In this document: piece by piece, positions 1-8,993 of the stretch
Position numbering within the stretch: the first letter of the stretch is position 1
How the letters are laid out: the number at the start of each line of letters is the position of its first letter
DNA from: an uncultured Candidatus Saccharibacteria bacterium
GTDB lineage: Bacteria > Patescibacteriota > 4484-211 > JAGQKX01
NCBI GenBank assembly: GCA_964597265.1
Contig: CAZQWJ010000001.1
Location: 1 to 60,936, forward strand
Direction: 5' to 3'
Length of the DNA stretch: 60,936 nucleotides
Notes under the pieces: model-generated
Told to the model about the DNA's origin: nothing
Seen by the model: only the letters and a program-made list of their open reading frames with translations
The model's database searches: none
Position numbers and translations under genes: made by a program

Positions 1-248
1 AATAGACACGTGCCGGTCCAACCCACTCCATCAATACTTGTGGTTTTTCAAATTTTATCGGTGTATTGACATTCTCCGATCGAGAGGTAGGGGATGTTTC
101 TGCTGGCATATATCTTTACTGTAATACAGGCAGGGCAGGTACGCAAGTAGACATACCGGTAGATACGCTGACAGACAACAATTGGCGCGGTTAGAACCTG
201 TTCTATCAATTCTCTCCAGGCCAAGCAGCAATTCGCCTTTAAACTATC

Positions 249-1082
249 CTACTGATTGTTTACTTCAACTTCATGGATATATTCATATGGTGTTAAGGAA
301 ACATAAAACCAAAGTGGGATAAATTTAACCGGAAAACTACCCACGTACGATTGTCTTTGACTATTATAAGTATAGACAGCTTTAATCTTGTTTATTACTC
401 CACTAAACCCAACCCATATTCTATGCGTAGGATACATCCTGCTGCTTTTGTAATTTGGATCTTTAGCCATGTGTTCAGGAAGAGGTGTCATGTTTAGAAT
501 TTTCTCCGGGAACGACACATACCAAAGCTTGGTTTCTTTGAAGTCCTCTTTAACTAATTTAGTTACAACTTCAGATACAACTATATGATCTGGATGTCCA
601 TACAAACCTGCTAAGTCATAGGTTAAAACCACATCTGGATTTATATCCTGCATTACTTGTTTTACTTCATTGGTTAGTTCAACTTTGTGTTCATCCACAG
701 CATTATCAGGGAAATCTAATTGTATTAACTTCTTAACCCCGTATATTTCAGAAGCATTTTTCGCTTCTTTAACTCGAATCTCTTTAAGCCCTTCATCATA
801 TATAGCATTCTCGTTACCTTTCTCGCCTTTAGTCAAAACAACCCAATAGATTTCAACTCCCTTTGCAGAGAGTTGGGATAACAAACCACCCATGCTTAAC
901 ACTTCGTCATCTGCATGAGGGAAGACGACTAAAACTCTCTTAGAGTCGATGAAGTGTTTTTTGATATTTTTGCTTGGTATTTTGAAGTCATTTGCAAAGA
1001 TAAACCCAAACACCCATAACGATAGTATTAATAGCAGAAGAATTCCGACGAGCATCATAACTATTCGAATAATAATAAACAC
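249..1082 (-). CDS. PIG-L/LmbE-family deacetylase with N-terminal membrane anchor
   Basis: 277-aa ORF. Hydrophobic N-terminus (MMLVGILLLLILSLWVFGFIF), then 'VVFPHADDEVLSMGG' (PIG-L AHPDDE-type motif) and 'YGHPDH' (second metal-binding motif). Confidence 0.8.
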   Translation of the reverse strand: MFIIIRIVMMLVGILLLLILSLWVFGFIFANDFKIPSKNIKKHFIDSKRVLVVFPHADDEVLSMGGLLSQLSAKGVEIYWVVLTKGEKGNENAIYDEGLKEIRVKEAKNASEIYGVKKLIQLDFPDNAVDEHKVELTNEVKQVMQDINPDVVLTYDLAGLYGHPDHIVVSEVVTKLVKEDFKETKLWYVSFPEKILNMTPLPEHMAKDPNYKSSRMYPTHRIWVGFSGVINKIKAVYTYNSQRQSYVGSFPVKFIPLWFYVSLTPYEYIHEVEVNNQ

Positions 1083-1297
1083 TTTTAAAGTATATCAAGT
1101 AATGAATCTACATTCTTTCAAAACCCGGTTAGAACCGTGTCAAAAAAGACAAAGAATTACAGATTTTAAGGAATAAAGCCTACTTCTTAATTGAAAAAGG
1201 AAAAAAGAGATTGCGTTAATTATTGATTTGTTAGAACCCGCAAAAAAGACCGAAATAGTAAGTAATTTACAAGATTACTAACCTACTCAGTCAAGAT

Positions 1298-1386
1298 TGG
1301 CGGAGGAGGTGGGATTCGAACCCACGGACGGCTTACGCCGTCACGGTTTAGCAAACCGTTCCTTTGGGCCTCTCAGGCACTCCTCC
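1298..1386 (-). tRNA. tRNA-Ser (anticodon GCU)
   Basis: Minus-strand read is GGAGGAGTGCCTGAGAGG...ACGGT-TTGCTAA-ACCGT...long variable arm...GGGTTCGAATCCCACCTCCTCCGCCA. It has a 7-bp acceptor stem, anticodon loop TTGCTAA (GCT), a class II variable arm and an encoded CCA. Confidence 0.9.
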
Positions 1387-1453
1387 TCACCCGATACGCA
1401 CACCATTATACTATGCTGTTTACCCAATAACCAATTGCTAATCCTCAAGAGAG

Positions 1454-2263
1454 TTGCTCCAAGATTACTTTTATGATACAAGTGTAAAGAACATGGATAA
1501 TCCCAATTCCACCACTATTACCATCAGCACTCCAGCAGCTATTATCATTGCCGGCGCTATTATTGGTATTGCTATTTACATGAGCAACACCAACACCCAG
1601 CCTGCCACCTCAACAACTAACACGCCTGTGGTTGGAGGCGATACGACCGTTCCCACACCACAACCTACCGTGGGCCCTATACAGGTAACGCTTGGCGACG
1701 ATCCAACACTTGGCAACCCTGACGCACCCGTTACAATGATCGAATTTAGTGATTATGAATGTCCTTTCTGCCAGCGGCATTATGAGAGTTCTTACGCGCA
1801 GCTTAAGGCAGACTTTATTGACACTGGAAAGGTAAAACTCGTCTTCCGCGATTTGCCACTACCATTCCACGAACCAATGGCTAGCAAAAACGCTATCGCC
1901 GCACATTGCGCACGAGAACAGGCTGGAGATGAAGGCTACTTTAGATATCACGACCAAATATTTGAACGCACTACCACTGGTGGAAACGGCATCACCGTTG
2001 AACAACTCTACGACATTGCCAGCGATCTTAATTTGGATCGAGCTGCGTTCCAGGAGTGTCTTGATGAAGACCGGTATGCGGACCGAGTCGCAGCAGACCT
2101 TGCGTATGCCGGCACTATTGGTATTTCCGCCACACCATCTTTTGTTCTGGGCCTCTCGACTGATGGTGATACTGTGACTGGTACCCCTATCATTGGTGCT
2201 CAAGCATACGCTACGTACATTAAACCTGCAATCGAAGCGCTTCTCGCTGAAGCAGGGTCCTAA
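1454..2263 (+). CDS. DsbA-family thiol:disulfide oxidoreductase, membrane-anchored
   Basis: TM helix (AAIIIAGAIIGIAIYM), a Thr/Pro-rich linker, and the thioredoxin-fold active site 'FSDYECPFCQRH' (CxxC). The track start is TTG; an alternative ATG lies at 1493. Confidence 0.85.
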   Translation: MLQDYFYDTSVKNMDNPNSTTITISTPAAIIIAGAIIGIAIYMSNTNTQPATSTTNTPVVGGDTTVPTPQPTVGPIQVTLGDDPTLGNPDAPVTMIEFSDYECPFCQRHYESSYAQLKADFIDTGKVKLVFRDLPLPFHEPMASKNAIAAHCAREQAGDEGYFRYHDQIFERTTTGGNGITVEQLYDIASDLNLDRAAFQECLDEDRYADRVAADLAYAGTIGISATPSFVLGLSTDGDTVTGTPIIGAQAYATYIKPAIEALLAEAGS

Positions 2264-2297
2264 TCCCAGACGTCTTTACGCAAATACTTTGTGAGAA

Positions 2298-3080
2298 TTG
2301 TGTATGATTGATACGCATTGCCATTTGACTGACGAGCACCTTTTTGCTCAATTGCCCCATGTGATCCAGCGAGCGCACGAAGCGCATGTTACGTCTTTTG
2401 TTGTCCCTGGTCTAGATGTGGAATCATCCCAAAAAGCTGTTGAGATCGCCAACCAATATCCCTTTGTATATGCTGCAGCTGGTATGTATCCGAGCGAAGT
2501 GTATGGTACTGATTTGGCGCCTATTGAACATTTGCTTCAGGATCCTCGTGTTGTTGCTATCGGAGAGGTTGGATTGGATCACACATACGCTGAGGAGTTT
2601 CCGTTGGAAATACAATTAACGTGTTTGCGAGAGCAAATACATTTGGCAAGTAAGCACCAAAAAAGCCTCATCCTTCATAACAGAGGAACAACCACAGAAC
2701 TTCTTTCGCTCCTGGCACACTCATGGGATTCTACACTTGAAGGACGCACGGTATTTCACTGTTGTGAACCCGACGAAGAATTGTTGACATTTGCTAAAAA
2801 ACATCACGTGTACATCGGCGTAGATGGGGATATTACTTACCAACAAGCGAAGCAGGAGTTTCTGGCCCAGGTGCCTTTGGAGTTGTTAGTGCTGGAAACC
2901 GATGCGCCTTACCTGACCCCAGAACCAATACGTAGTGAAAAAAAGTTTCCAAACGAACCAACCAACCTCAAATATATTGCCCAAAAAGTCGCCGACATTT
3001 ACAATATATCTATTGAAGAACTGGATACAATAACCACCCAAAACGCACAAACGCTCTTTAACCTTTCTTCCATACAGTGA
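2298..3080 (+). CDS. tatD: TatD-family metal-dependent hydrolase/DNase
   Basis: 'IDTHCHL' HxH motif, plus 'GEVGLDH', 'LILHNR' and 'LVLETDAPYL'. The likely ATG start is at 2304. Confidence 0.85.
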   Translation: MCMIDTHCHLTDEHLFAQLPHVIQRAHEAHVTSFVVPGLDVESSQKAVEIANQYPFVYAAAGMYPSEVYGTDLAPIEHLLQDPRVVAIGEVGLDHTYAEEFPLEIQLTCLREQIHLASKHQKSLILHNRGTTTELLSLLAHSWDSTLEGRTVFHCCEPDEELLTFAKKHHVYIGVDGDITYQQAKQEFLAQVPLELLVLETDAPYLTPEPIRSEKKFPNEPTNLKYIAQKVADIYNISIEELDTITTQNAQTLFNLSSIQ

Positions 3081-4121
3081 TAGAACCTGATTCGGATGTG
3101 TACTCCAACGAAAATCCGCTGTCCACAGTAAGACGCTCTTTGAGGAGCTCTGTATATGATGCGGCAGTTTGGGTTCATGATCTTCCTCGTAGAAAATAGT
3201 TTTTATTGGTACATCGAGGTTTTCTAATCTTTCTGCGAGTTTTATGGAGTGTGCTTCCAAAGGGTCGCCGTTTCCTACTGTGATAAAAGCAGGAGGGAAA
3301 TCAGATGTCACATAATTTATTACAGATCCTGTCACAAATGCCTCGGAATTTTCAAAGTCCTTTTGTCCTGAATACGTCCAAAGTACATCACTGAATAGTT
3401 TTTTGGTAAAAATATTGAGTTTAAGCTCGGTCAAGAGAGAAGTATCATACGCACCATTAGCAAGGATAACTGCTTTCAACTGATTGCTTGAAGTAGATGG
3501 CTCTATATCCATTATTTCTCTGTACTCAGGGCTTGATATTACAGTTGCAAGTTGTGCCGCAATATGTGCACCTGCGGAGTTTCCGGCAATAATAATACGC
3601 TCTACGTCGATATTAAAACGTTCATAGTTGTTTGTTAAATAGGCTAATGCATCATTTATCTGGGATAACGGTACAGGATATTGTTTCTCAGGTGCCAGCG
3701 AATAGTTTACGGCTGCAACGATATAGTCTTCTGACGCCAGAATTTTAGAATAGTTAGCCACGCTTTTTTTATCTCCCAAAATCCATCCACCACCATGAAC
3801 CCAAACTATAAGAGGTAAGGCACTATCTGTTTTGTTTATGTCAGATGGGTAATATAGATCAAGATAGGCATCATTCTCATCTTCTCTATATTGAATGTCC
3901 AACATAGCCTCAACATTTGCAGGAACATATTGTTCTGATGTTTGGGATAATTGTTCGGAATATCTATTAGAAAGAAAGCGTAGTAGAAATACACTTGGCC
4001 GGGGGCTTATTAATGGGGCAATGATAAGAATACACAGTGCTAGAGAGACTATTGCAATTCCAATTCTTATAATTTTCTTTTTACTAATCACAGGAAATTT
4101 TTTTGACTGTTCTCCACACAT
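2886..4121 (-). CDS. alpha/beta-hydrolase (esterase/lipase-like, HGGG type), membrane-anchored
   Basis: N-terminal TM (IGIAIVSLALCILIIAPLI), 'VWVHGGGW' oxyanion motif, 'GNSAGA' GxSxG nucleophile elbow, and downstream 'GNGDP' and 'EEDHE'. The C-terminal tail runs antisense into tatD. Confidence 0.75.
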   Translation of the reverse strand: MCGEQSKKFPVISKKKIIRIGIAIVSLALCILIIAPLISPRPSVFLLRFLSNRYSEQLSQTSEQYVPANVEAMLDIQYREDENDAYLDLYYPSDINKTDSALPLIVWVHGGGWILGDKKSVANYSKILASEDYIVAAVNYSLAPEKQYPVPLSQINDALAYLTNNYERFNIDVERIIIAGNSAGAHIAAQLATVISSPEYREIMDIEPSTSSNQLKAVILANGAYDTSLLTELKLNIFTKKLFSDVLWTYSGQKDFENSEAFVTGSVINYVTSDFPPAFITVGNGDPLEAHSIKLAERLENLDVPIKTIFYEEDHEPKLPHHIQSSSKSVLLWTADFRWSTHPNQVLSLYGRKVKERLCVLGGYCIQFFNRYIVNVGDFLGNIFEVGWFVWKLFFTTYWFWGQVRRIGFQH

Positions 4122-4208
4122 AGGTATTAGTGTTTTACATTAATACTATTCTACCTAGAAGTACAAGAGAAACCAGTCAGCTTATCTCTTTGTACTACTC
4201 CTGTAATT

Positions 4209-4295
4209 TGGCGGAGGGGGTGGGATTCGAACCCACGAGGGCGTTAACCCACTGGTTTTCAAGACCAGCGCCTTAAACCGCTCGGCCACCCCTCC
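4209..4295 (-). tRNA. tRNA-Ser (anticodon UGA)
   Basis: Minus-strand read is GGAGGGGTGGCCGAGCGGTTTAAGGCGCTGGT-CTTGAAA-ACCAG...GGGTTCGAATCCCACCCCCTCCGCCA. It has a long variable arm and an encoded CCA. Confidence 0.9.
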
Positions 4296-4387
4296 ATACC
4301 TTAATGTTAATGGTTTTTCCCGCTACGCGGGATTAATTCGACTAGCAAAAAATCTCGCTACGCTCATTTTTTACAGTACTCATTTAA

Positions 4388-4425
4388 CAAGACCAGCGCC
4401 TTAAACCGCTCGGCCACCCCTCCAT
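4388..4425 (-). pseudogene. duplicated 5' half of tRNA-Ser(UGA), ending inside the anticodon loop
   Basis: 38 nt at 4388-4425 are identical to 4260-4297. This covers tRNA positions 1 to the second anticodon base plus 2 nt upstream. No matching 3' half follows. Confidence 0.7.
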
Positions 4426-4457
4426 GGATGTGACCTTGCCCGCTATTGTACTGTATT

Positions 4458-4997
4458 TTAGGCCTTCTTCAAAGCCACCTCGTGCAGGACAGTGTATTTG
4501 GGACCATATGGCGTCAAGACGCTTTTTATAATACATACCGTAGTCACACGACATGTTCCCACTGGATACTCAGTAAAGCATACCTGTTGCAGGATATCCG
4601 CACGTGTTGTTGGTGAATGTTTGACCCGTGCCAATGTCGCATGTGGTGAAGAAAACCTGCCGCCAACCAATTTGGTTATGGTATGCGCAAGCGACTCCAA
4701 CGGAACTTTGCCTTGCAAAATATCAACCGCAAGGACCTGCGGATGTTTACTCTCTGGGAGCAACAGAATATTACCCAGTTGTATGTCAAACGGCCGACCC
4801 GTAAGCTGGCTCTCCAGCTTGGCATGTGTGGCTTGTACCTGCTCTGGCGTACACTCCCCAAGAAAACAAACAGTCAGATGAAAATTCTCCTTCTCCACCC
4901 ATTTGCAATGAATCGGCAACTGCTGCAGCTTCTCTTGCAAAAGAAACAGGTTGTTGCGTATGTCATCTGGTAATGTAATTGCAATGAATAATCGCAT
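4458..4997 (-). CDS. thpR: RNA 2',3'-cyclic phosphodiesterase / 2'-5' RNA ligase family (2H phosphoesterase)
   Basis: Two HxT/S motifs, 'FHLTVCFLGE' and 'PHATLARV', at the spacing typical of LigT/ThpR. Length is 179 aa. Confidence 0.8.
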   Translation of the reverse strand: MRLFIAITLPDDIRNNLFLLQEKLQQLPIHCKWVEKENFHLTVCFLGECTPEQVQATHAKLESQLTGRPFDIQLGNILLLPESKHPQVLAVDILQGKVPLESLAHTITKLVGGRFSSPHATLARVKHSPTTRADILQQVCFTEYPVGTCRVTTVCIIKSVLTPYGPKYTVLHEVALKKA

Positions 4998-5024
4998 GCG
5001 TACGAATCTGATTATAAATCATTC

Positions 5025-5744
5025 CTACACCCCTCTGGCCAAGGTGATCCCCCACACTGTCTCAGCTCCAGTCTGCTTCAATACTTTGGCGCATTCTTGC
5101 AGTGTGGCGCCGGTCGTCCACACATCATCAATCAATAACACAAATCTCGGGCTCTGTTCACTGCTGGTAAATGCAAACGCACCTTTCAAATTCTTGAGCC
5201 GCTCGTGGCGGGTCAGATCTTTTTGCGGCAATGTAGGTCCTGCCTTTCGTATGAGCGAATAATCAGTCTTATACGAAAAAATTCCAGCAACAATATCCGC
5301 AACACGCTGTGCCGTATTATAACCTTTGAACCGTTGTTCGATCCAATACATGGGTACACACGTAACCATGGGCGGCTGCATGGCGTGTGCTTCCCAAATC
5401 GGCTCTTCGATTTCGTCAATTAGATAGCGTTCCATGGCCCTAACGAGTATAGGCTCCAATTTGTACACCCCACGCCGTTTATAAAATTCCAACATTGACT
5501 TGATCACGCCATCATATTGGGCAATGGCTATATGCCCATCCAGGGCAGACGATTTTTCACATCGTGTATGTACCAGCCCGTGCAACGAAGGTTTGCCACA
5601 GGACACTGCAGGACAATATTGTTTTGTACAAAAAGAGATTTTGGCAAAGCACTCATCACACACATACGAACCAAACTGTTTGCGGCAATGAACACAACGT
5701 TGCGGGAAAAGAAGCGGGGCAAGCATCTTATGATTATAGAGCAA
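5025..5744 (-). CDS. comFC: ComF-family protein (ComFC-like phosphoribosyltransferase)
   Basis: N-terminal Cys clusters (CVHCRK...CDEC) and the C-terminal PRTase motif 'VLLIDDVWTTGATLQE'. Confidence 0.8.
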   Translation of the reverse strand: MLYNHKMLAPLLFPQRCVHCRKQFGSYVCDECFAKISFCTKQYCPAVSCGKPSLHGLVHTRCEKSSALDGHIAIAQYDGVIKSMLEFYKRRGVYKLEPILVRAMERYLIDEIEEPIWEAHAMQPPMVTCVPMYWIEQRFKGYNTAQRVADIVAGIFSYKTDYSLIRKAGPTLPQKDLTRHERLKNLKGAFAFTSSEQSPRFVLLIDDVWTTGATLQECAKVLKQTGAETVWGITLARGV

Positions 5745-5764
5745 AATAAAACACCCTATATATC

Positions 5765-5791
5765 AAAAAACCCCGATCCGAAGATCAGGGG
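5765..5791 (-). terminator. intrinsic terminator downstream of ssrA
   Basis: Minus strand reads CCCCTGATC-TTCG-GATCGGGG followed by TTTTTT, starting immediately after the tmRNA CCA end. Confidence 0.7.
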
Positions 5792-5795
5792 TTTT

Positions 5796-6207
5796 TGGTG
5801 GAGATGGCGGGAATCGCACCCGCGTCCGGTTAGATTACAGTCCATTTAGATATACAAGCTTCTCTAGAAAACTAGAAAGATAACGTGATAAATCCACGTG
5901 ACTAATGATACAAAATGAACCCGCTAGTCAGAACAAAGCTCACCCGTCCTCGTGTGTATAACACCCACCTCGGACCTACGAGGAAAAACCCGTGTGGATG
6001 TCACACAAAAGTTTAGGCAAATGCAGGAACAGCAAAAGCTGTTGCAATGTTGTCAAACGTCTGTGTGATGGCATTTTTAATTTTGCCGTTTGTATGTTTT
6101 GACCGTTCCAACACCAATGTAGGCTTGCGCTGGACATTAGTGAAGCGAGTGGTCGCCTCGGCTTGCCAAATGATAAAGTGCTCTACCGTCGAATCTAGGT
6201 CATCCCC
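5796..6207 (-). ncRNA. ssrA: tmRNA (SsrA)
   Basis: The 5' end GGGGATGACCTAGATTCGACGG is a canonical tmRNA start. The 3' end is GCGGG-TGCGATT-CCCGC-CATCTCC-A-CCA. The acceptor stem has the G3:U wobble. An internal frame ends ...NIATAFAVPAFA-TAA (stop at 6013-6015). The gene lies directly downstream of smpB. Confidence 0.9.
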
Positions 6208-6300
6208 ATGCATTCTGCTTTTGATATCAAGGATATCACGCATTGCGTGATATTTTACCACTAAAATACCCCAAAATCAAGCCTTTTCCGTGAATATTCC

Positions 6301-6747
6301 TCACCGACCAACCCCCTTCAATTCCCGCTGTGCTTGGCGATCTTGGGCTTTGCGTTTTTTGGCAAGGCCTTGTTCGAATTTTTTCTTACCTTTGGCCAGG
6401 GCGATCTCCAGTTTGATTAGGTTTCTGGTCGTATACACTCGTACTGGCACCACTGCTACATTTTTGGCAGCCACTTGATGGAGGATTTTGTCTATCTCCT
6501 GCCGGTGCAGGAGCAGTCGCCGACTGCGTGTAGGCTCTGTCTCACCCGTATGTGTGTCCAGCGGAGAAATGAGTGCATTCACCAGAAAAAACTGGCCGCC
6601 GATAGGTTTGATATAGCTGCCCTTAAAGTCAACTCTGCCCTGTTTGAGCGCAGTTACCTCCCAGCCATATAGCTCCAGACCGGCCTCGAAGCGATCCAAT
6701 AAAAAATATTTGAACTTTGCATCCTGGTTGTATTTGAGCGTCGGCAT
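6301..6747 (-). CDS. smpB: SsrA-binding protein SmpB
   Basis: 148 aa. 'RFEAGLELYGWEVTALKQGRVDFKGSYI' and the C-terminal basic tail 'GKKKFEQGLAKKRKAQDRQ' are typical of SmpB. It is adjacent to ssrA. Confidence 0.95.
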   Translation of the reverse strand: MPTLKYNQDAKFKYFLLDRFEAGLELYGWEVTALKQGRVDFKGSYIKPIGGQFFLVNALISPLDTHTGETEPTRSRRLLLHRQEIDKILHQVAAKNVAVVPVRVYTTRNLIKLEIALAKGKKKFEQGLAKKRKAQDRQAQRELKGVGR

Positions 6748-6785
6748 ACCTCTGTATTATAGATTATTCTCGAAAAATCGAACCC

Positions 6786-6838
6786 GTCATCCCAACCTAC
6801 ACTATTGTCATCCCGACCGCAGCGGAGGGATCTGATCC
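6786..6838. repeat. short hairpin-forming intergenic repeat (GTCATYCC-type)
   Basis: GTCATCCCAAC (6786-6796) and GTCATCCCGAC (6807-6817). GCAGCGGAGGGAT (6819-6831) recurs reverse-complemented at 60911-60923. Confidence 0.45.
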
Positions 6839-6855
6839 TACCCAAGTAGATTTCT

Positions 6856-8736
6856 CTACAGAACCTCTACGAATAATGTATCGCCCGCAAATAGGAACAG
6901 GTGAGATTCGTCCGTGGTTACACCAAACGTAGCAATCTGACGATCATTGGGCAATTTGTACCGCGCAACATATGCGCCATCAGTGGTAAACACAAGCACA
7001 CTATTGTCAGCAAGCATATACACATGCTCTGCGTCAACATAGGTTATCAACTGCTTCGCCTGGTGGATAGGAGGCAACACTCCATGCAACGAGAAATCCG
7101 TGCGGCGGCCGCTCAAAAATTTCTCAACCGTGCCATTCTCATGCAACAGGTACACGTATCCGTCTATCGCGATATCTACTATCTGCGAGTATGACACTGG
7201 ATCTGACATGTAGTTGGTTGCACCTCCGAGATTACCATTCCCCAGACCAATATATTTGAACACCTGCTCCCGTCCCTGCGCAGCCACATACAGATTGTCC
7301 ATATAGGTAGCAACACCTTGTACTGCTCCCCACTGTCCAGTTTGTTCAATGATCTTTGAGGTAGTAAAGGTATCAAAATCCGTGTACCAAACCCCACGCT
7401 CATCACTATACGTATACCAACCATTCATCCCGGCAGCCACACGATCTGCTTGCATCATTTCATGTAACTGGCGCACCTCACCAAACGTACCGTTCTCTGA
7501 CACTGATACCACCGCACCCTGCTGCGGCAATACCCCAATGACGCCATCTCCTCGAGGGACAACCAACAGCGAATCCTCGTACACCGGAACAGGCACGCCT
7601 GCATGCTCGACATACTTCGTCGCATAGATCACATCCAGTACCTGCTCCGTTGCCACTCCTTGCACGCTGCCCAGTTCTCCTTGCAATGCATCAAACGCCC
7701 GCTGTGCTTGTGCACGGTCTACTTGGGCAATTTCCTGTACACGTTGAAGTTTGTTTGCTAACTCTTCTTGTTCCTGTGCGGTTTTTTCCTGTTGCTGGCT
7801 GCGCTGATTGTATCTATAGGTACCATAGACACTCCCCGCCAACAGTGCCAGCAGGACAAACACGATTATCCACCGTTTGAGGGATCCTCCAGGCCGTGGG
7901 ATTTTGAGATACACGTCGCTTCGCAATGGCAACGCCATACGGATGCGTGTGAGATGTGTCTTTATGAAAAATGCCAAACGGCCCATATCCGGTAGCGCAA
8001 CCTTACCGGTACGTGATTGCGCTTCGTGCTCTGGCATCCCGGGCATGACCAGCTCAATCACTTCTTCTTCTGCTGGTTGGGTCTTGATCGCGATATGTAA
8101 TATGAGTCCTGAGAGGAGCGCGCTTTCCTCCACATCTTTGACCTCGTCTCTGAGTGATTGCTGCCAATCATCTGATAATTCACTTTGCAAAATCTTTTGC
8201 AAGGTGGTGGTGCCAATTCGTTCACCTAACACGGATGTCCCCAGCACGAGCGTATCCTGATCTTCTATAGCCTCCTGCACAAAACGATCATGCGACAGAT
8301 CGATCAACTCATTATTGCGAAAAAGAGAAAAATATACCCTGCCAGACGAGCGGAAGACAAACGCTCCTCCCCACACTACCAACGCGCCAATATGCAGATC
8401 AATCACCGGAGACCTGCCGCTTCCGACAAGTTTGCCGGCTATGGTGGCGTGCATATCTGACTTAGTACTCTCAAGCGCCTCTTCTAGTGCCGCCAATACG
8501 CTGCCTGCGGAGGACCCAAAGTATGTATCGCGCAAGTGGTTAAACGCCTGGATAGCTGTACGCTCCCAATCTATCTCTAGTCCTGATACTGCCACAGAAA
8601 AAATAGCAAAGATTTCCCCTCGAGTACTTTTGAGCATTTCGTCAGCAGGCTGGAACAAAAATACCCGAGAGAACGCATCCTTACTCCCCATCGAGCCCAC
8701 AATGGTATATGGTCGTATCGAAACGGACTTTTCCAT
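6856..8736 (-). CDS. hypothetical bitopic membrane protein: PP2C-like (apparently degenerate) N-domain, TM, coiled coil, beta-rich C-domain
   Basis: The start is taken at the internal Met (MEKSVSIRPY), 2 nt after the upstream stop. The TM is 'WIIVFVLLALLAGSVYGTY' and a Gln/Glu-rich helix follows. The N-domain resembles PP2C/SpoIIE, but no acidic metal-ligand motifs are visible. Confidence 0.55.
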   Translation of the reverse strand: MEKSVSIRPYTIVGSMGSKDAFSRVFLFQPADEMLKSTRGEIFAIFSVAVSGLEIDWERTAIQAFNHLRDTYFGSSAGSVLAALEEALESTKSDMHATIAGKLVGSGRSPVIDLHIGALVVWGGAFVFRSSGRVYFSLFRNNELIDLSHDRFVQEAIEDQDTLVLGTSVLGERIGTTTLQKILQSELSDDWQQSLRDEVKDVEESALLSGLILHIAIKTQPAEEEVIELVMPGMPEHEAQSRTGKVALPDMGRLAFFIKTHLTRIRMALPLRSDVYLKIPRPGGSLKRWIIVFVLLALLAGSVYGTYRYNQRSQQQEKTAQEQEELANKLQRVQEIAQVDRAQAQRAFDALQGELGSVQGVATEQVLDVIYATKYVEHAGVPVPVYEDSLLVVPRGDGVIGVLPQQGAVVSVSENGTFGEVRQLHEMMQADRVAAGMNGWYTYSDERGVWYTDFDTFTTSKIIEQTGQWGAVQGVATYMDNLYVAAQGREQVFKYIGLGNGNLGGATNYMSDPVSYSQIVDIAIDGYVYLLHENGTVEKFLSGRRTDFSLHGVLPPIHQAKQLITYVDAEHVYMLADNSVLVFTTDGAYVARYKLPNDRQIATFGVTTDESHLFLFAGDTLFVEVL

Positions 8737-8738
8737 AG

Positions 8739-8990
8739 CTATAGTATATACATACGTGCGTACCACACTCCAAGCAGAATAACTGCTAGCAAAAAGACCC
8801 ACGCAATAATCGTCCACACCGATGCAAATGTTGTGTGCAGGAAGCGATTAAGCAAACGTACCTGTTGTACTTTTTGCACAGCAAAGAGTAACAGTATGAT
8901 CAAAAAGCCTACAACAAATACGTGCTCCAATATACGAATTATCGTAGCCATATCAAGAGAAAGGTTTCCAAAAAATAATGGGCTGTCCAT
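8739..8990 (-). CDS. small two-TM membrane protein
   Basis: 83 aa with two hydrophobic helices, tightly packed between its flanking genes. Confidence 0.45.
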   Translation of the reverse strand: MDSPLFFGNLSLDMATIIRILEHVFVVGFLIILLLFAVQKVQQVRLLNRFLHTTFASVWTIIAWVFLLAVILLGVWYARMYIL

Positions 8991-8993
8991 AGA

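Noticed and set aside
1-248. A possible partial gene at the left edge
   Set aside because: The track gives no ORF of usable length and I recognised no motif, so I left it unannotated.
6013-6261. 82-aa and 67-aa ORFs (6013-6261 minus strand, 6047-6250 plus strand)
   Set aside because: They lie entirely within the tmRNA gene. The minus-strand ORF is just the tag frame extended upstream through structured RNA.
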